Of a stretch of 64,000 nt of DNA, positions 41,287 to 55,650 are shown piece after piece. This stretch comes from the human T2T-CHM13v2.0 reference genome, Homo sapiens. The notes under the pieces were generated by a model that saw only the letters and a program-made list of their open reading frames with translations, had not been told where the DNA came from and did not search any database. The stretch lies in the NCBI RefSeq assembly GCF_009914755.1, contig NC_060947.1, one strand, 5' to 3'. Numbering within the stretch: position 1 is the first letter of the stretch; each line of letters starts with the position of its first letter. Position numbers and translations under genes: made by a program.

Positions 41287-41514
41287 TCACCATCACTTCC
41301 CAAATAAAGTAAACAAAAACTACAAGCACAACTAAAAATAAAAGGGTTTGATATCTCTGGATATTTGCAGTTAATTTGATTTTTTTATTCATTTGTGTTA
41401 CCTATATGTATAATTTTTTCAGTCTAAAGTTGTACTGTATTGGAAGAAAACCACCACAGAAAATAAGCGCTGTGTTTGGACTTTGTGGCTTCCTTTGGGG
41501 TAACTACATTGCAA
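41287..41514 (+). repeat. Partner (probable donor) of the 38886-39114 duplicate
   Basis: See 38886-39114. Flanks here are ordinary unique sequence. Confidence 0.9.
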
Positions 41515-44198
41515 CTAGTTTATATTTTAGCTCCTCTCATAATCAAACAATTTAGCCCTCCTTTGGAAATGACTTTAGTATATTTCAGAAGAAGTCTTGA
41601 GACCATAGTCAAATGTTTCCCTAGCATGCAGTGTTAATCATGATACCATAATTCTGTTACAATTACACTCTTAACTGTAGTAATTGCAAGGATTAAAATG
41701 GCATTATAGATAAATAAACATACGGGAACTATTAAACCAAAAACCAAATAATCTTTTAAGCTTTTATTTGTTTTTTAATAACCACTACCTTTTAAAACAT
41801 AAATCTATTTTTTTAAGATAGGGAGTCTGACTTAATCCAATCCCCCTATTGGATTACAAAATACAGTTCAACCGCTATTTTAGGAGATAAAGAGCAGATG
41901 CTCTATGAAGGAAGCTGAGAATTCTTAGAATGCTCTTCTAAGGAAGCTGGGAATTCACCTGGATAATCAACTTTGTGACCTCAAAGCTGCTTCACCACTT
42001 ATGGGGTATTCAGCTAGGTGAGTCTCACACCTGTTGGTAATGATGAAAATGTGCTGGAATGTCTAAGATCCCATCGTGCTGACATTCTCAGTGGCACGTG
42101 CACAACATACCACGGAATTGAGGACAAAAGAAGAAGTATTGCTATAGTTGAGTTCCAGGTGTGAATGAGGAGATTTATGACACCCTATTAATTACAATTT
42201 CTCTAAGGCCTGGAATCTCTGCAGTAATTTACCTGAAGGACCTAACAGCACTACAGTGGTTTGCAAGAGTGACTGATATAGGAAAGCTTTGTTTCTGAGG
42301 TCATTGACCATACAGATAACTGTAGTTATTAACTCACATGCTATGCTTGTGTTTGGGGATATGGCTAAATAGCTGCTTCTCTGCTACATGTTCTCTGATT
42401 CTTCCTGATTTTTCAGTAGCTTCCATAAAGTAATCTTTGTTATAAATAAAAGTGGCCCATCTTTTCAAATCATCTGCTCTTTTTCCCACTGCTCTTCCAC
42501 ACTCTTTCCCTCTTAAGCTCAATATATGTACCATACACCCAATAAGCATACATACTCATAGCCCAGTAGATTATGTTTTTAAAGATGTATCATCATTATT
42601 TTTCTCTGTGCATTTTGAATTTGAAGGTAAAAAGCATCCACCTATTGGCAATTAGAAGTCAAACATTTTGGATTTTAAATAGAATATTATGCTGTTTATG
42701 TAAAAGACCTAGGAAAAGATCTTCTGACCCTGACACGGATGTTTGTTGTACTACAGTACCCGATCTCTTAAATAAGCTAAAGAGTGTGTTGAGTCAAGGG
42801 TTACTATAATCTGCTATAAATGGGTCATCAGATTTCTCAAATAATACAAAATGCTAAAATGTAAAAATCATAATTTAGTATTCTTAACAACTCAGCCACC
42901 CTCCCTTTGTTCATGCAATTCTGTCCATCAAGAATCTCTCCCTCCTATTCCTTATGCAGATTCTACCCCACATTCAAGATAATTTCAAATTTCACTTATC
43001 CCCTAAATGCTTTTGAATTGTTCTACATTAAAACACTGTTTTGTAGAGAGATTGTTGTCTGTATAATGTGCTATGTGTACTGCTTTATCACATCTTGTTA
43101 TCTTGAACTATTAATTTAAATTTTGTATTATGAAATATTTTATTCATTTATGGTTTTTGCCCTCATTAGACTATACACATTTTTTAAAAGAGGACTAATT
43201 ATTAACGGTCATTCATATGTATTTTTAGGTACAGTTTCTATTTCATTTCATTTTTTCTTTTAAAATAAAATCAGTTTTTAAATGCTTATGAGATTTAGTA
43301 GTGAGATATTAACATTTAAAGAATGCTTACTATGTGTCGGGTACCATGCTCAAGGTTTTCTAAGTGTTATCTCAGCTTCATATTAAAATGTCTAGTCTGA
43401 TGTATATACTTCATATATCATAGAATGCATTAGATATCTATATCACTATATAGTAGTATTTAAGGGTCAAGATTTAAAGCCAAACATTCCTAAGTAAAAT
43501 GCTTGTTGTGTTTCTTACTTGATCAGGTAATTTATACTTACTTATAGGTATACTAAATTGCATAATGCACATAAGATGAGCAGATTGACAAAAATATATT
43601 CTATAGCATTAATAAGTAGTAGCTGATTTTTAAAATAACTATTTTTGAGCCAATTCAACAACTCAGGATCATCACTTAGAGCATTGATTCTTACTTTAGT
43701 GGGTCATGGGTTTTAAGATGGAGATTAAATTCTTAACTTGAAAAAATTTTAGTGGCTACTTGGTGAGTATATGGGAACATAAATCCTGAATATCAGCTTC
43801 TACATACTTATATGTCTCTTTCTCAGAAAACAACATATTTGCCTGCTATAAAAGCAATTTTGATTATCTCTCAAGTGGGGCCTCCCTGCCATTAAAAATG
43901 TTTTTTGAACTGTGATTTTTAAATGTTCTTCAGTTTCCCAAACACTGCAGCAGTATTATTTCCAAAAACCACACTTCACAACATCAATGAGCACACTTAA
44001 CTAGAGAAGATAAGTGGAAGGCTCTGAAAGTAGCATATAGATGATTTAATTACCTGACAAAAATAATAAAATAAAAATAATTAGCAGTCTTTTAGACTTT
44101 CGGTTTCTTAAAATTATTTTGTTTAATTCACCTCCCCCTCTCCTTGCCAAATATTACTGCAAGGAATATAGACTATAAGACTGGCCCACGTTTCAGGG

Positions 44199-44247
<49 letters not shown>
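44199..44247. repeat. (GT)n(GA)n compound microsatellite
   Basis: Seen directly. Confidence 0.97.
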
Positions 44248-44248
<1 letters not shown>

Positions 44249-46979
44249 AAGAAATAATCCTACCATGTAGTTCATTTTACTATGTAATGCCTTTGCTTTC
44301 ATCTATGGGGACAAGTGACACCCGAATATTTCTGGTCACTTGGCAGATCAAAGAAAAGAAAAACAACACAGAGACTGAAATGTCAAATGTCCGCTTTTTC
44401 CCCTCACATATGTATTTCAAAACAAAAACAGGCTTTCAAAGTAGGGGAATTTGGTAAGTTTCATGCGTACTGTAGCTACCCTGTTTCAGGCTTTTGTTTA
44501 GATTGGTTCCAAATGCTTCACTGACAGACGTGGGGCACATCCAAATACTTGCTTCAGGATAACGTTATTTACACTAAAGTTTGACCCACAAGGGCAACAG
44601 AGCAGCTAAGTACCCTGAGTAATACAAACAGACAGCTCTACTTTACTCCAGATCATATAGATTAAAAAAGTTTCTGATAACTTCAAAGCTTCCTTCCCAC
44701 AGCATGTACGCTACTTTTCATGAGAATAGGAATTTGAAACCTACACCCTTCATATTAAAATATAAGGAAAAGGAACCTTAGCATTTGGTCTCTATCTCAA
44801 AGACCTTCCAAAATTGGCCACATACCATTATTTATTATGGTTATAGACCAAAAAGGTCATCCAATGTGAAGGAACCAGACTCATTATTGCACTGAAAACT
44901 CAGTTTTTAAAAGGGTTTTAGAGTTAGACTACAGGAAGGAAGAATTTATTCCGTCAGCCATATATGTGTTCATGAAGTATGAATATGTTTGTGTAACATG
45001 CCTTTTAATGTATGCGTTTGCTCCCACTCCCCTACACATTTTGGTTCAGGAAGTGTGCAGATTGTAAGAACATTGTCTCAGTTCCTCTTGGTTTTGTTTA
45101 AATACAAATCTGAGTTAATCATAAGTTTTCATGTGTAGTGTTTTAACAAAAATTTCAGGGAGGGCTGGTAGTTGCCAGGACATAAATTCAATTTTTAATT
45201 GTTGATGTAATGCGGGATTTTAGAGAAAAGCTTCACTGAGCATGGAACATTTAAACATTACACTTGAATCACATATCTCAATATAATATCATTTAAGCCT
45301 AATTTCATGTTAAAAGGGATATTTCTTTAAAATAATATTCAATACAACAATTTTCTAGTGTATGAAAAGAATTAGTCTCCTTTTGCAATTGAACTCTTAA
45401 CACAAAACCTTTCTTTCCATTCATCCTCTGTCTCCTTTTATAGTAATATTATTTTCCTTATTATTCAAGTGAAAAAAAAAAGCCTTGAATTTGGAAGGGA
45501 AGAACTCCCCAACACAAACTCACTATTTGCAAACGAGCCTTCATACCATTGCACTGAGAAAATGCTTGCCTTTTATGCCATACATGTGATTCAAAGTCTT
45601 TGACAAAACTAAGTACATTTTAGCAGTTGTCAATAACTACAATGTGTACCTCCTCACTGAAGACAAACCTATAATTTGGTAGTAGGAGATATGGAAATAT
45701 TGTAAACCATGGTGTTCTTTCTTTTCTTTCGTTCTTTTTTTTTTTTTACCTGTGGCAGCAATAACCTTGGAATTATAGCTGTGTCATTGATCTGCATTAC
45801 TGCTTATTTCACCATGAAAATTATTTTTTATAGGCTCAAAGGAAAGTAACACTAATGTGAAGTTCAATCTGAGACAAATAAGAGGATGCTTAATAAACAG
45901 GGTAAATTAATACTAACTTTTTATTTTGGAACTTTGGGTGAGAATAAAGTTGTTATATATCTATATCTGAAACAGGAGAAAAGTAAAAATGAAGGAATAT
46001 TCCCATATGGCTAAAGGCAGAAGAACTGCTTATGTCCAAGCCCAGTGCCCTTTCCTTTGTATGACAGTTGTCTGACAAGTATACTGTAGCATTGCTTAGG
46101 AGTGAAAACTTTCCTACTTGCTTGAGATAACAAAGTACCGCGTTGATTTCTGTCTCAGAGACAAAGCTGAAGAAGAATGTTGAACCAAAGCAATACTAAA
46201 GAAATATTTGAAACGTAAAATTACGCTCATTTTAGTTCAGTAAGAGTTGCAAATCTACCCACATGGAAAAGTTTAACTTCTTTCTTTTTAGAAAGGGAAT
46301 AACAACAAAATACAAATGCTACTGTCCATTGGAAGCAACCCTGAGAAACCTGCCAAAGCCAATCTTTAAATGAAATTTGAGATTATTTTTCTCTTCCTTA
46401 GAGGAGCTAAAGTGGAGGAAATTTTTTATATTTATATACCTTTTGCATGAGAAATAGGGAAAATACAACTTGCTGCCTCTTCTCCTCTGAAGATCTAATT
46501 TATTTTAATGACACAGAATAGTGGATGGATTTATATGTAAAGATAACAAAATATATTCACTTTATTTCTAGTTGCAAACACAGAGACCCTTCACTCTACT
46601 AAAACGTATAACCAAATAGTAAATTCATAAAGGGAGATCGTTTCTTCCACTTAAAAGAGATTTCTGAGCCTTTTCCTCTCAAAGTTACTGCTTGCTATTA
46701 GAAGGAAAATAAAATTTAGAATGTTCGATACCAAAATATTAACACTGAGTACATTTATGTGCTTCTTTGTATTGGTACTTATCTGAGCTTCATGAATGTT
46801 CTACAATATTTTAGTGTGAAGAGCAAAAGTTATTTTATAATTGCAGATTTGGTATTATCATATGTTAATTTTCTTTCATTATCATGCACTAATTGAACCT
46901 TTAAAAATTGACCATTTTAATTCACAATTCTGAGAATAGCGAGGCAGATAGATATTAAGTGGAGAGGCAAATTTTTAGT

Positions 46980-47690
46980 TATTCTTCCATTTATTCTTTC
47001 TAAAATACTTGAACATCTCCAATGTACATGTCACTACGTGAGGTGCTGTATGAAAGGCAAAGTTGAAGACAGCATTGTCTCTGATACTGAAGAAGCAAAA
47101 ACACTACTAAATGTTTTTACAAAACTACAATAGTTATATGTGATGAGTGGTTGTGGTGTAGTTTCAGTGTTGTAAAAGTAAGCTATGAATAGTTGATGAG
47201 AAGTTTGAATTTTTTCTTGTAGGTAAAAAAGGACGTAAAGTTTTTAAACAAGGGATATGATCAAAATGGTGCTTCCGAAAGATGCAATTTCTTGACCTGT
47301 TTGTAGTACTGCATTAGAACAGGAGGGAGTCTAGAAGCAAAGAGCAATTTAGGAGGCAATTGCAATGAGAGGCACCAGAATTACAATGGTGGTGTCAGTG
47401 TGCAAACACTGGGAAAGAAAAATCAACCAATTTCAGTGCTTAGTACTGCTGTGGAATGGAACTAGAGCAGGAAAGGAGGAGGTGCTGGCTGGCCACAGAG
47501 AGGACTGAACAAAACAGTTTCTGAAGTTGTTAACCTTGAAAGAATGGGGAAACATACACTGACATCAGCAATATAAAAATTCAATGCCTTCATAAACGCT
47601 TAGGGCTGGTGATGAGTTTTAGTTTTAGCAGGAAACTTTACATTTAGAGGAAGGAAAAATAAATTCAAGAAATGTTGTGACTTGGCAATG
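46980..47690 (-). mobile_element. L2 LINE 3' fragment, highly diverged
   Basis: aaaatacttgaacatctccaatgtacatgtcactacgtgaggtgctg and gaagtttgaatttttt...tttttaaacaagggatatgat...aggaggcaattgcaat resemble the L2 3' region. Confidence 0.55.
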
Positions 47691-50446
47691 TAATTTAACA
47701 AAAGGGCCCAGGCTAAGGGATTAGGAGCCTAGGGTCATATTCTGAGCCCTATCACTAACTACTTCTCTGTGCCTCCCTTTCTCTGTCAGCGGACTGAATG
47801 TAACCATACTTCTCTCACAGGGATATTCACTGTGAGGTGGGGCAAGTGATTAGGCCCCCTCAGAAGGAAGTAGACATAGAAATTCTAGCTTCATTATGTT
47901 CTGTTCAATAATAACCGAGTCACAGGGAAACAATGGCAGCGGTTGAAACATCTGAGAAGCGGTGCCTAGAGGAAAGAGAATAGGACTCTTTTGTGAGAAA
48001 AAAAAAAAACCTCTGGTCTTTTGAAGAGGAGAGAGGGAAGAGTAAAATCAAAAGGGCTCCTTAGTGCCCTTTTGGTGATCTTGAGGTCTGAAATAGTTAA
48101 TGTATGTCTATAAGCACCTTTGTTTTACATTTTATTCCCTAGGCTGGTTAGACTCAGAATATTACAGGAGGCTAACTCATATTCAAGAATACCTGAAGCA
48201 GGGGTGGGAATAAAAAGTGGAAAATGTAATTATATGATTTTTGAAAATAGACTTCTGTGAGGTTTGCTTGAATGTGTTCTCCTAATACAACTGGGCTTAT
48301 TTTGTTTTCTATTTATAATCCCACTTTAATTTTTGTTATTGGTACCAAAAATATTTTCGTTTCTGCAATATTATTTAAATATACAATGCATTTCAAATAA
48401 GCAAAATCCTCTGGAAAAGAAAAAAAAATGTACAAAGAGCAAAAACAGCTACTAGGACTGGAATTCTTTCTCACATTTCTTTTACCATAAATTTATACTC
48501 CAGTGTGATTTTTGCAAAGCAAAAGCAGGCTAGTAAATTATAGACCTGATCAAGAGGAAAACGTGCTCACAGATTTGATCCAAAAGATGCCAATTTAACT
48601 GGTGTTTCTTTTTAAAATAGTTTCCCATTAAACTCACATCCTGCCTTTTAATAATCAGATCACTCAATCATTACAGTTTACTGAAATACAGAGAAATTCT
48701 AGAGGAAAATGTGATTTCTGAATAAGAGCCGTCAAGTCAGAGTGATTGAGAAATCCAGATGAGCACTGTATTCTCATCGGCTTGTTTCTCATGGTGCAGA
48801 GGAGAAAGCTGGAAGATGGCAACTTACATGTTCATGACCGAATTATCAGATAACAACCCAATATAAAACTCAAAAATAAATCCACAGCATAAACTGAGGA
48901 AACTGAAGCTTGTTCACTTTAAAAACCAAAATGATTGAGAATAATGTATTAAAATTCAAATGAGAGACTACCTGAAGAGCCAAGATGGGGATACAGATCA
49001 GAAAGTCTCTCACCGAAAGCATTAGAATGAGTATTAAAAAGATAATTTGCACAAAGGATTAAAAAGGACACTAATTGAGTTTTTGAAAGTGTGAAATGCA
49101 TGTAAAGAATGAACACAGAAGTCACTCAACAACAACAAAAAAGTCTTTTTAGATGAAGCTGGTTTTGTTTTGCTTCATTTTTTTTCCGACTGCCATTTTG
49201 TTTTATTTTTTAGGCTCAAACATAAGCAAATTTGTCATAATCTTTCTTAGGATAATACATACAATAAATGCAACATATTTATTATCTTTCTTAGAATAAT
49301 ACATACGATACAGGCAAAATATGAAGACTGAAAGCAGCTTTGGTAGAACATTTCACTTTAACCCTTTTGAGTGGATTTTAAGAAAGAAAAGTCATTCAGT
49401 CCATTGTTGCCATTGTTGAGACTCATTTTATAACCTAAACGAAAACATTTACAGATTCAAAGTAAAGTCTCAGTTATAACCTCTGAGATGAAGGTGATTG
49501 TGATCAAAACAGACTCTCTCGCTATTCCCTCACACGACCATCAAAAAGTGACTTTACTGCATTTCTCTAATAAAATGGCACACTAGCATTTCAAAATAAA
49601 CAGCTTTTTATTTCATAGGAAATGGTCACAATAAGCTTAAATTGAAGAGCTGCCCTGACTGAGCAGCCACGGTGCCAGCCACGGTGCCAGTCTCAGCCTA
49701 CTCAGGAAGTTAGGCTCACCTCTTAGAATCTCACTATGATTTATACCTCTCTAAATAACTCCAGGACTCTGGCTCTTCTACTTAGGAACGTTTTAAAATT
49801 ATTTCCCTTCCTCTGTCCTCTCACTTAGCAAACCTGCAAAATAGTGCAACCAGTTTAAATAGTGACCAAGGCTTCTGATGTTTTAGAAGTCTTTTAAACA
49901 GAAAAATGTTTTAAGTACTAATGGTAATTAAATAAGTGAAATCTGGTGCTAAAGAGTGTGTTTATTTTATCTGGTGATACGACTCTTGTGTATAGAGAGT
50001 GGTGGCTCCCCATTCCTGCACCCTTAGGTAGAGGGTAGAGTGGACTTATTTTAGGAACACAACTTGGGCCAAGGGAATGTGGTCCAGTTTCTCCCAGATA
50101 GTTTCCCAAGACTCCTTGGCATTCAAAATCCTGAGCAAATGCACATGTACATGCACACAAGTGTGCAGTGGAGTGGGTTAAGGGAAGTAATTTCATTTCA
50201 GCTGAGAGCCAGGCAATTTTTGTGCAATGGCAAGAAACAAGGAGGGAGCAAAGGACATTCACTTCCTTTACACAGTCCAGGAGACTGATGGTTTATTAAC
50301 AGTGTTCCAGCCAGGCTGATCCAGGCTCAGAAGGGGAGCTACTCCCTCTAGGACCTTACTTATCTGAGTTTGGCAGAGGATGGGGGTACATATTAGAGAA
50401 ACAGTGCTCCTTTAGGGCAAGGCTGAATAATAAAGTAAAAAATTAG

Positions 50447-50849
<403 letters not shown>

Positions 50850-53800
50850 TAGCCTCCCATTTAAATGTCTATTTCTTACAGAAAGGGTCTTCCTCCCTCT
50901 TCTCTCATCCATGTCTCTCTTCTTTCTACTTGCTTCTCAATTAATTCCTATTATTTTAGTACTTGATCATAAGGGGTTATTGGTTACTAGGCAGGAATCT
51001 TTCCAGAGGATATAGGAAAGTGGAGGAAATTAAGTTCTAAAATGATGAGATATGGGTTGCACAGTTGTTATTTGTGCCCCACCCAAAACAAATCATATTT
51101 CAGAGGCATAACTGGCTGCTGACTTATTTATATGCAAGTCTGGTGGTCCTGTTTAAAACAATCCCTCTGAACCAGCACAGATTACCAACAGCTTGTAGAT
51201 AAAAGAGGGGCTCAAATTCCTGCTAACTTAAGATGACTTGAACACTGACCTAAAAAATAAGGTATAGGCCTCCTTAACTTGGCTGTCACTCACAGAATAG
51301 CATTCATATGTCCATCTACTTGTAGACATGAGCCTAGGGATATCATTTTTGTGGAAATAAAACAAGAAATATACACAATAACTTAGATAGCTCTCCTAAT
51401 AGTCAAGACCTCTGGCTTGCTGTTTGGTATATTTTGGGCATTGTATCCAGGCAGCGCCCTCAATCACTGACTTTGTGTCCATGCTTCTGGGACCAACGGT
51501 TCCATCAAAGCAAAATAGTTTCTAGCAACTCTTATTCTTTGGCATTTTGGCCTATACTATCACTCTTGGTTGGAATTTTTCTAATTTCTTCTATCTTTTC
51601 TACCTCCTTAGTTGCAGAGCAAAATTAAGAATGGGTAAAGAATGCATTAGTTACAAAAAAAAATCCAGTATGCTCAGCACCACCATTCCAACCACTCCCC
51701 AGAAATTTTAAGAAAGCTGAAGAAACAGAGGTTCAGATCAACTTACACAGATTCTGCTTTCTCTATATATTTATATCTAGCTAACTAGCTAGCTAACTAC
51801 TTTCCATCATCTATCTAGCCTGAAGATATAAATAGAAGTATCAAGGCCACTTTGTGTCATCCTTTTAAAGCCTATGAAATAAGTTAGTTCTGGGATTTTA
51901 AAAGGAAAGCATCAGTTCACATATCATCATCCAAAAAGGTGACTGATTAGGTTATTCATTGCTTCCCCTACAGCTCGCCTGTCAAGAATTCAGAAGAAAT
52001 GGAAATAAAAAGCATGAAGACATATAGGCTGAAGCCTCAAGTCACCAGATAATTTTTGTGTATAAAATAAATTTATTTGATACAAACTGATTCCTCACAG
52101 AACCCATCAAAGCACAATGTAAAATATACTGATATTTGATTTGGAGGGAATGCTGAAAGAATTAGGAAAACAATGACAAAAAGTATAAAACTCAATAAAT
52201 AAATAATTCAACTGTCATCAAAATGGATTATGTGTTTAGGGAATATGATTTCATCCAAATAGAGTAGGGTTGGCTTGGACTCTGATTGTCTGTGTTTAGT
52301 CATTCTCCTCCGACACATAAGGATTAGTCAATCCAAATTACCAGTCCTATACAGCTCTCTCCTTGTCCCCTGCTTTTTGTTTGCCTATTCATTCCTTGTA
52401 CAAAGCCCAGCCTATAGAAAGAGTGGCTTGGGGGCGGCCGGAGGCATCTTACAACAATGGTTTTGAGTCTTCCGTTTAACTCTTCAACTAATTAATATTC
52501 AGTGTAGCCAGAAGCCAGCCTGACTCAGTGCCTTGGCTTAAAGAGCAGATGGATTATGGCCACTGCTCCTCAATTGATTCATTATTTAGGCCATTAATTT
52601 TCTTCTCACCATAAACATCTGGCATCTGATGTTTGAGGATAAATTGATATTAGCTGCAAGCAAGTTTAATAACAGGTTTATTGTCTATGATTGCAGGTTA
52701 AAACCACAGACAAGAGTTCAGAAAGCATGTAAGTATTTCAGAGGAAAGGACACTGTACAAACTGCTTGATTAAGAGATAGTCTCAGAGAAAATATTCATT
52801 TTATTTGATTATTTTTCAAGAAAATTCCATTTACTTTTTGGCAATGTGACATTATCAATCATTTTAAATGAGATAATAAATTGTAAAAAACTTTGTAAAC
52901 TGCAAGGGGTAATACAAATGTGAAGTGGATTTAGAATTGTTATTCCTGACAAATTATTTCTGGGACCAGGTGGTAAGGACATAGACAAATAAATAACATC
53001 ATTTTAGATTACAGGATTGCAAATAATAAGTTGAAGACAGCTCATTTTTATATGTCATGATATTCTATGTTTATTGGCCAGATTCTTTTTACCATCAGAT
53101 AATACTAAATCACATTTTGATCACTAGGCTGGCCCTTGTCAAATAGCTAGAGGTTGCCTACTACAACTTTTTTAGCCCCTCCTTTACTTTTTCCCTTCCT
53201 CTGAGACTAAACCCTTTCTCTTTTTAGTGTCTCGGTAGCTTTAGCCTACTAGAAAGCTATTTTGAGGAAGGAGTCTGCTATTAGACATTTACATCTTAGT
53301 ATAAATGTGATTTCTTTCCTATAAGAGATTTGCAGTCAAAGGCTAATATTTCACTCTGAAGTTAAAGGGCTCTGGCAACAACAACAACAACAACAACAAC
53401 AATAATTAAGGTGATATTAAAGGAATAAAATATATGCGTGTGCGTGCATATGTATGTGTATATATTTTTCTGTCATTGGTTATTTTCTGCCACCTCTGAA
53501 AACATACTTCTATAATAGGCTAGCTATTCTGCCTCTGTACCTACCTGCCCCTATTTACTGCAGGCAGGTGCTTAGCACCAATCCATAAGAAGGTAAATAC
53601 ACAGATAGGTTGCCAAAAACAAAGAGTTGTGTGGGTAGGCTTAGCATGAAATTCACGCAGGCATCTGGCATGAACCATCCCTGTGGGCTATAGCTTCAAC
53701 ATGTTTTCTCCCACTCTGTCCCATGCAGTGCCTGCTGGAAAGCTACCCAAAGGTGAATTTTCTAAGAGGGGCAAGTGAGCCTGCAGTAATCCGCCTCAGG

Positions 53801-54080
53801 TTTGTAAACCAGCACTCTCTCCAACTTCTAATTCAGCAGAAGCTGTGAGTCACTAACAATAGCTATTTACTAGGCTAGTAAATTTCCTATTAAAATGAGT
53901 GGTTATTTTAAGGGTCTGAATCCCAAGAACATAGAGAAGATTTTTTTCAATTTTGTCAAAGCCAAATGAACATTTTCCTCAATTATCTTTGAACAGAGAT
54001 AAAGAACATCCCTGCCTCTCTCCTCTCCTCAGTTTTTTTTTCCCTACTGTCTTCCACCCTACGTTTTCACAGATTGTTTT

Positions 54081-54086
<6 letters not shown>

Positions 54087-54136
<50 letters not shown>

Positions 54137-55127
54137 GTTATTATACTTCAAGTTCTAGGGTACATGTGCACAACGTGCAGGTTTGTTACATATGTATACA
54201 TGTGCCATGTTGGTGTGCTGCACCCATTAAGTTGTCATTTACATTAGGTATATCTCCTAATGCTTTCCCTCCCCCCTCCCCCGACCCCACAACAAGCCCC
54301 GGTGTGTGATGTTCCCCTTCCTGTGTCCAAGTGTTCTCATTGTTCAATTCCCACCTATGAATGAAAACATGCAGTGTTTGGTTTTTTGTCCTTGTGATAG
54401 TTTGCTGAGAATGATGGTTTCCAGCTTCATCCATGCCCCTATAAAGGACATGAACTCATCCTTTTTTTTGGCTGCATAGTATTCCATGGTGTATATGTGC
54501 CACATTTTCTTAATCCAGTCTATCATTGTTGGACATTTGGGTTGGTTCCAAGTCTTTGCTATTGTGAGTAGTGCTGCAATAAACATATGTGTGCATGTGT
54601 CTTTATAGCAGCATGATTTATATTCCTTTGGGTATATACCCAGTAATGCGATGGCTGGGTCAAATGGTATTTCTAGTCCTAGATCCTTGAGGAATCGCCA
54701 CACTGTCTTCCACAATGGTTGAACTAGTTTACAGTCCCACCAACAGTGTAAAAGTGTTCCTATTTCTCCACATCCTCTCCAGCACCTGTTGTTTCCTGAC
54801 TTTTTAATGATCGCCATTCTAACTGGTGTGAGATGATATCTCATTGTGGTTTTGATTTGCATTTCTCTGATGGCCAGTGATGATGAGCATTTTTTCATGT
54901 GTCTGTTGGCTGCATAAATGTCTTCTTTTGAGAAGTGTCTGTTCATATCCTTCACCCACTTTTTGATGGGGTTGTTTTTTTTTTCTTGTAAATTTGTTTG
55001 AGTTCTTTGTAGATTCTGGATATTAGCCCTTTGTCAGATGAGTAGATTGCAAAAATTTTCTCCCATTTTGTAGGTTGCCTGTTCACTCTGATGGTAGTTT
55101 CTTTTGTTGTGCAGAAGCTCTTTAGTT
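54087..55127 (-). mobile_element. L1PA4-like LINE, sense 3' segment of a 5'-inverted insertion; tail converted to (TA)n
   Basis: ORF 54344-54955 is the ORF2p C-terminus ([19 protein letters not shown]...IGGN*). The 3'UTR carries ccccttcctgtgtccaagtgttctc. Confidence 0.95.
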
Positions 55128-55650
55128 CAACCAAAAAAAGTTCAGGACCAGAGGGATTCACAGCAGAATTCTACCAGAGGTACAAGGAGGAGCTGGTACC
55201 ATTCCTTCTGAAACTATTCCAATCAATAGAAAAAGAGGGAATCCTCCCTAACTCATTTTATGAGGCCAGCATCATCCTGATACCAAAGCCTGGCAGAGAC
55301 ACAACAATAAAAGAGAATTTTAGACCAATATCCCTGATGAACGTCAATGCAAAAATCCTCAGTAAAATACTGGCAAACCGAATCCAGCAGCACACCAAAA
55401 AGCTTATCCACCGTGATCAAGTGGGCTTCATCCCTGCGTTGCAAGGCTGGTTCAACATACACAAATCAATAAACGTAATCCAGCATATAAACAGAACCGA
55501 AGACAAAAACCACATGATTATCTCAATAGATGCAGAAAAGGCCTTCGACAAAATTCAACAGCCCTTCATGCTAAAAACTCTCAGTAAATTAGGTATTGAT
55601 GGGACATATCTAAAAATAAGAGCTATTTATGACAAACCCACAGTCAATAT
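55128..55650 (+). mobile_element. Inverted ORF2 segment of the same L1 (twin priming)
   Basis: [22 protein letters not shown]...[14 protein letters not shown]...YDKPT (ORF2p Z/RT N-terminal region). Shared TSD tttttctttt at ~54077-54086 and ~55650-55659. Confidence 0.93.

Noticed and set aside
44240-44460. Possible exon ending at a strong donor (ttg/gtaagt, ~44454)
   Set aside because: No convincing acceptor, coding frame or partner exon; such donor motifs occur by chance at this frequency.
41897-49690. Short tandem duplications (41897-41956 ~32 bp; 49240-49320 ~43 bp; ~49664-49690 12 bp; also 2375-2398 and ~60094-60180)
   Set aside because: Ordinary two-copy slippage duplications; no array with spacers, so not CRISPR-like or a VNTR system.
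54344-54955. 203-aa ORF with a CCHC motif
   Set aside because: L1 ORF2p C-terminus of a truncated, inverted, non-autonomous copy, not a host gene.
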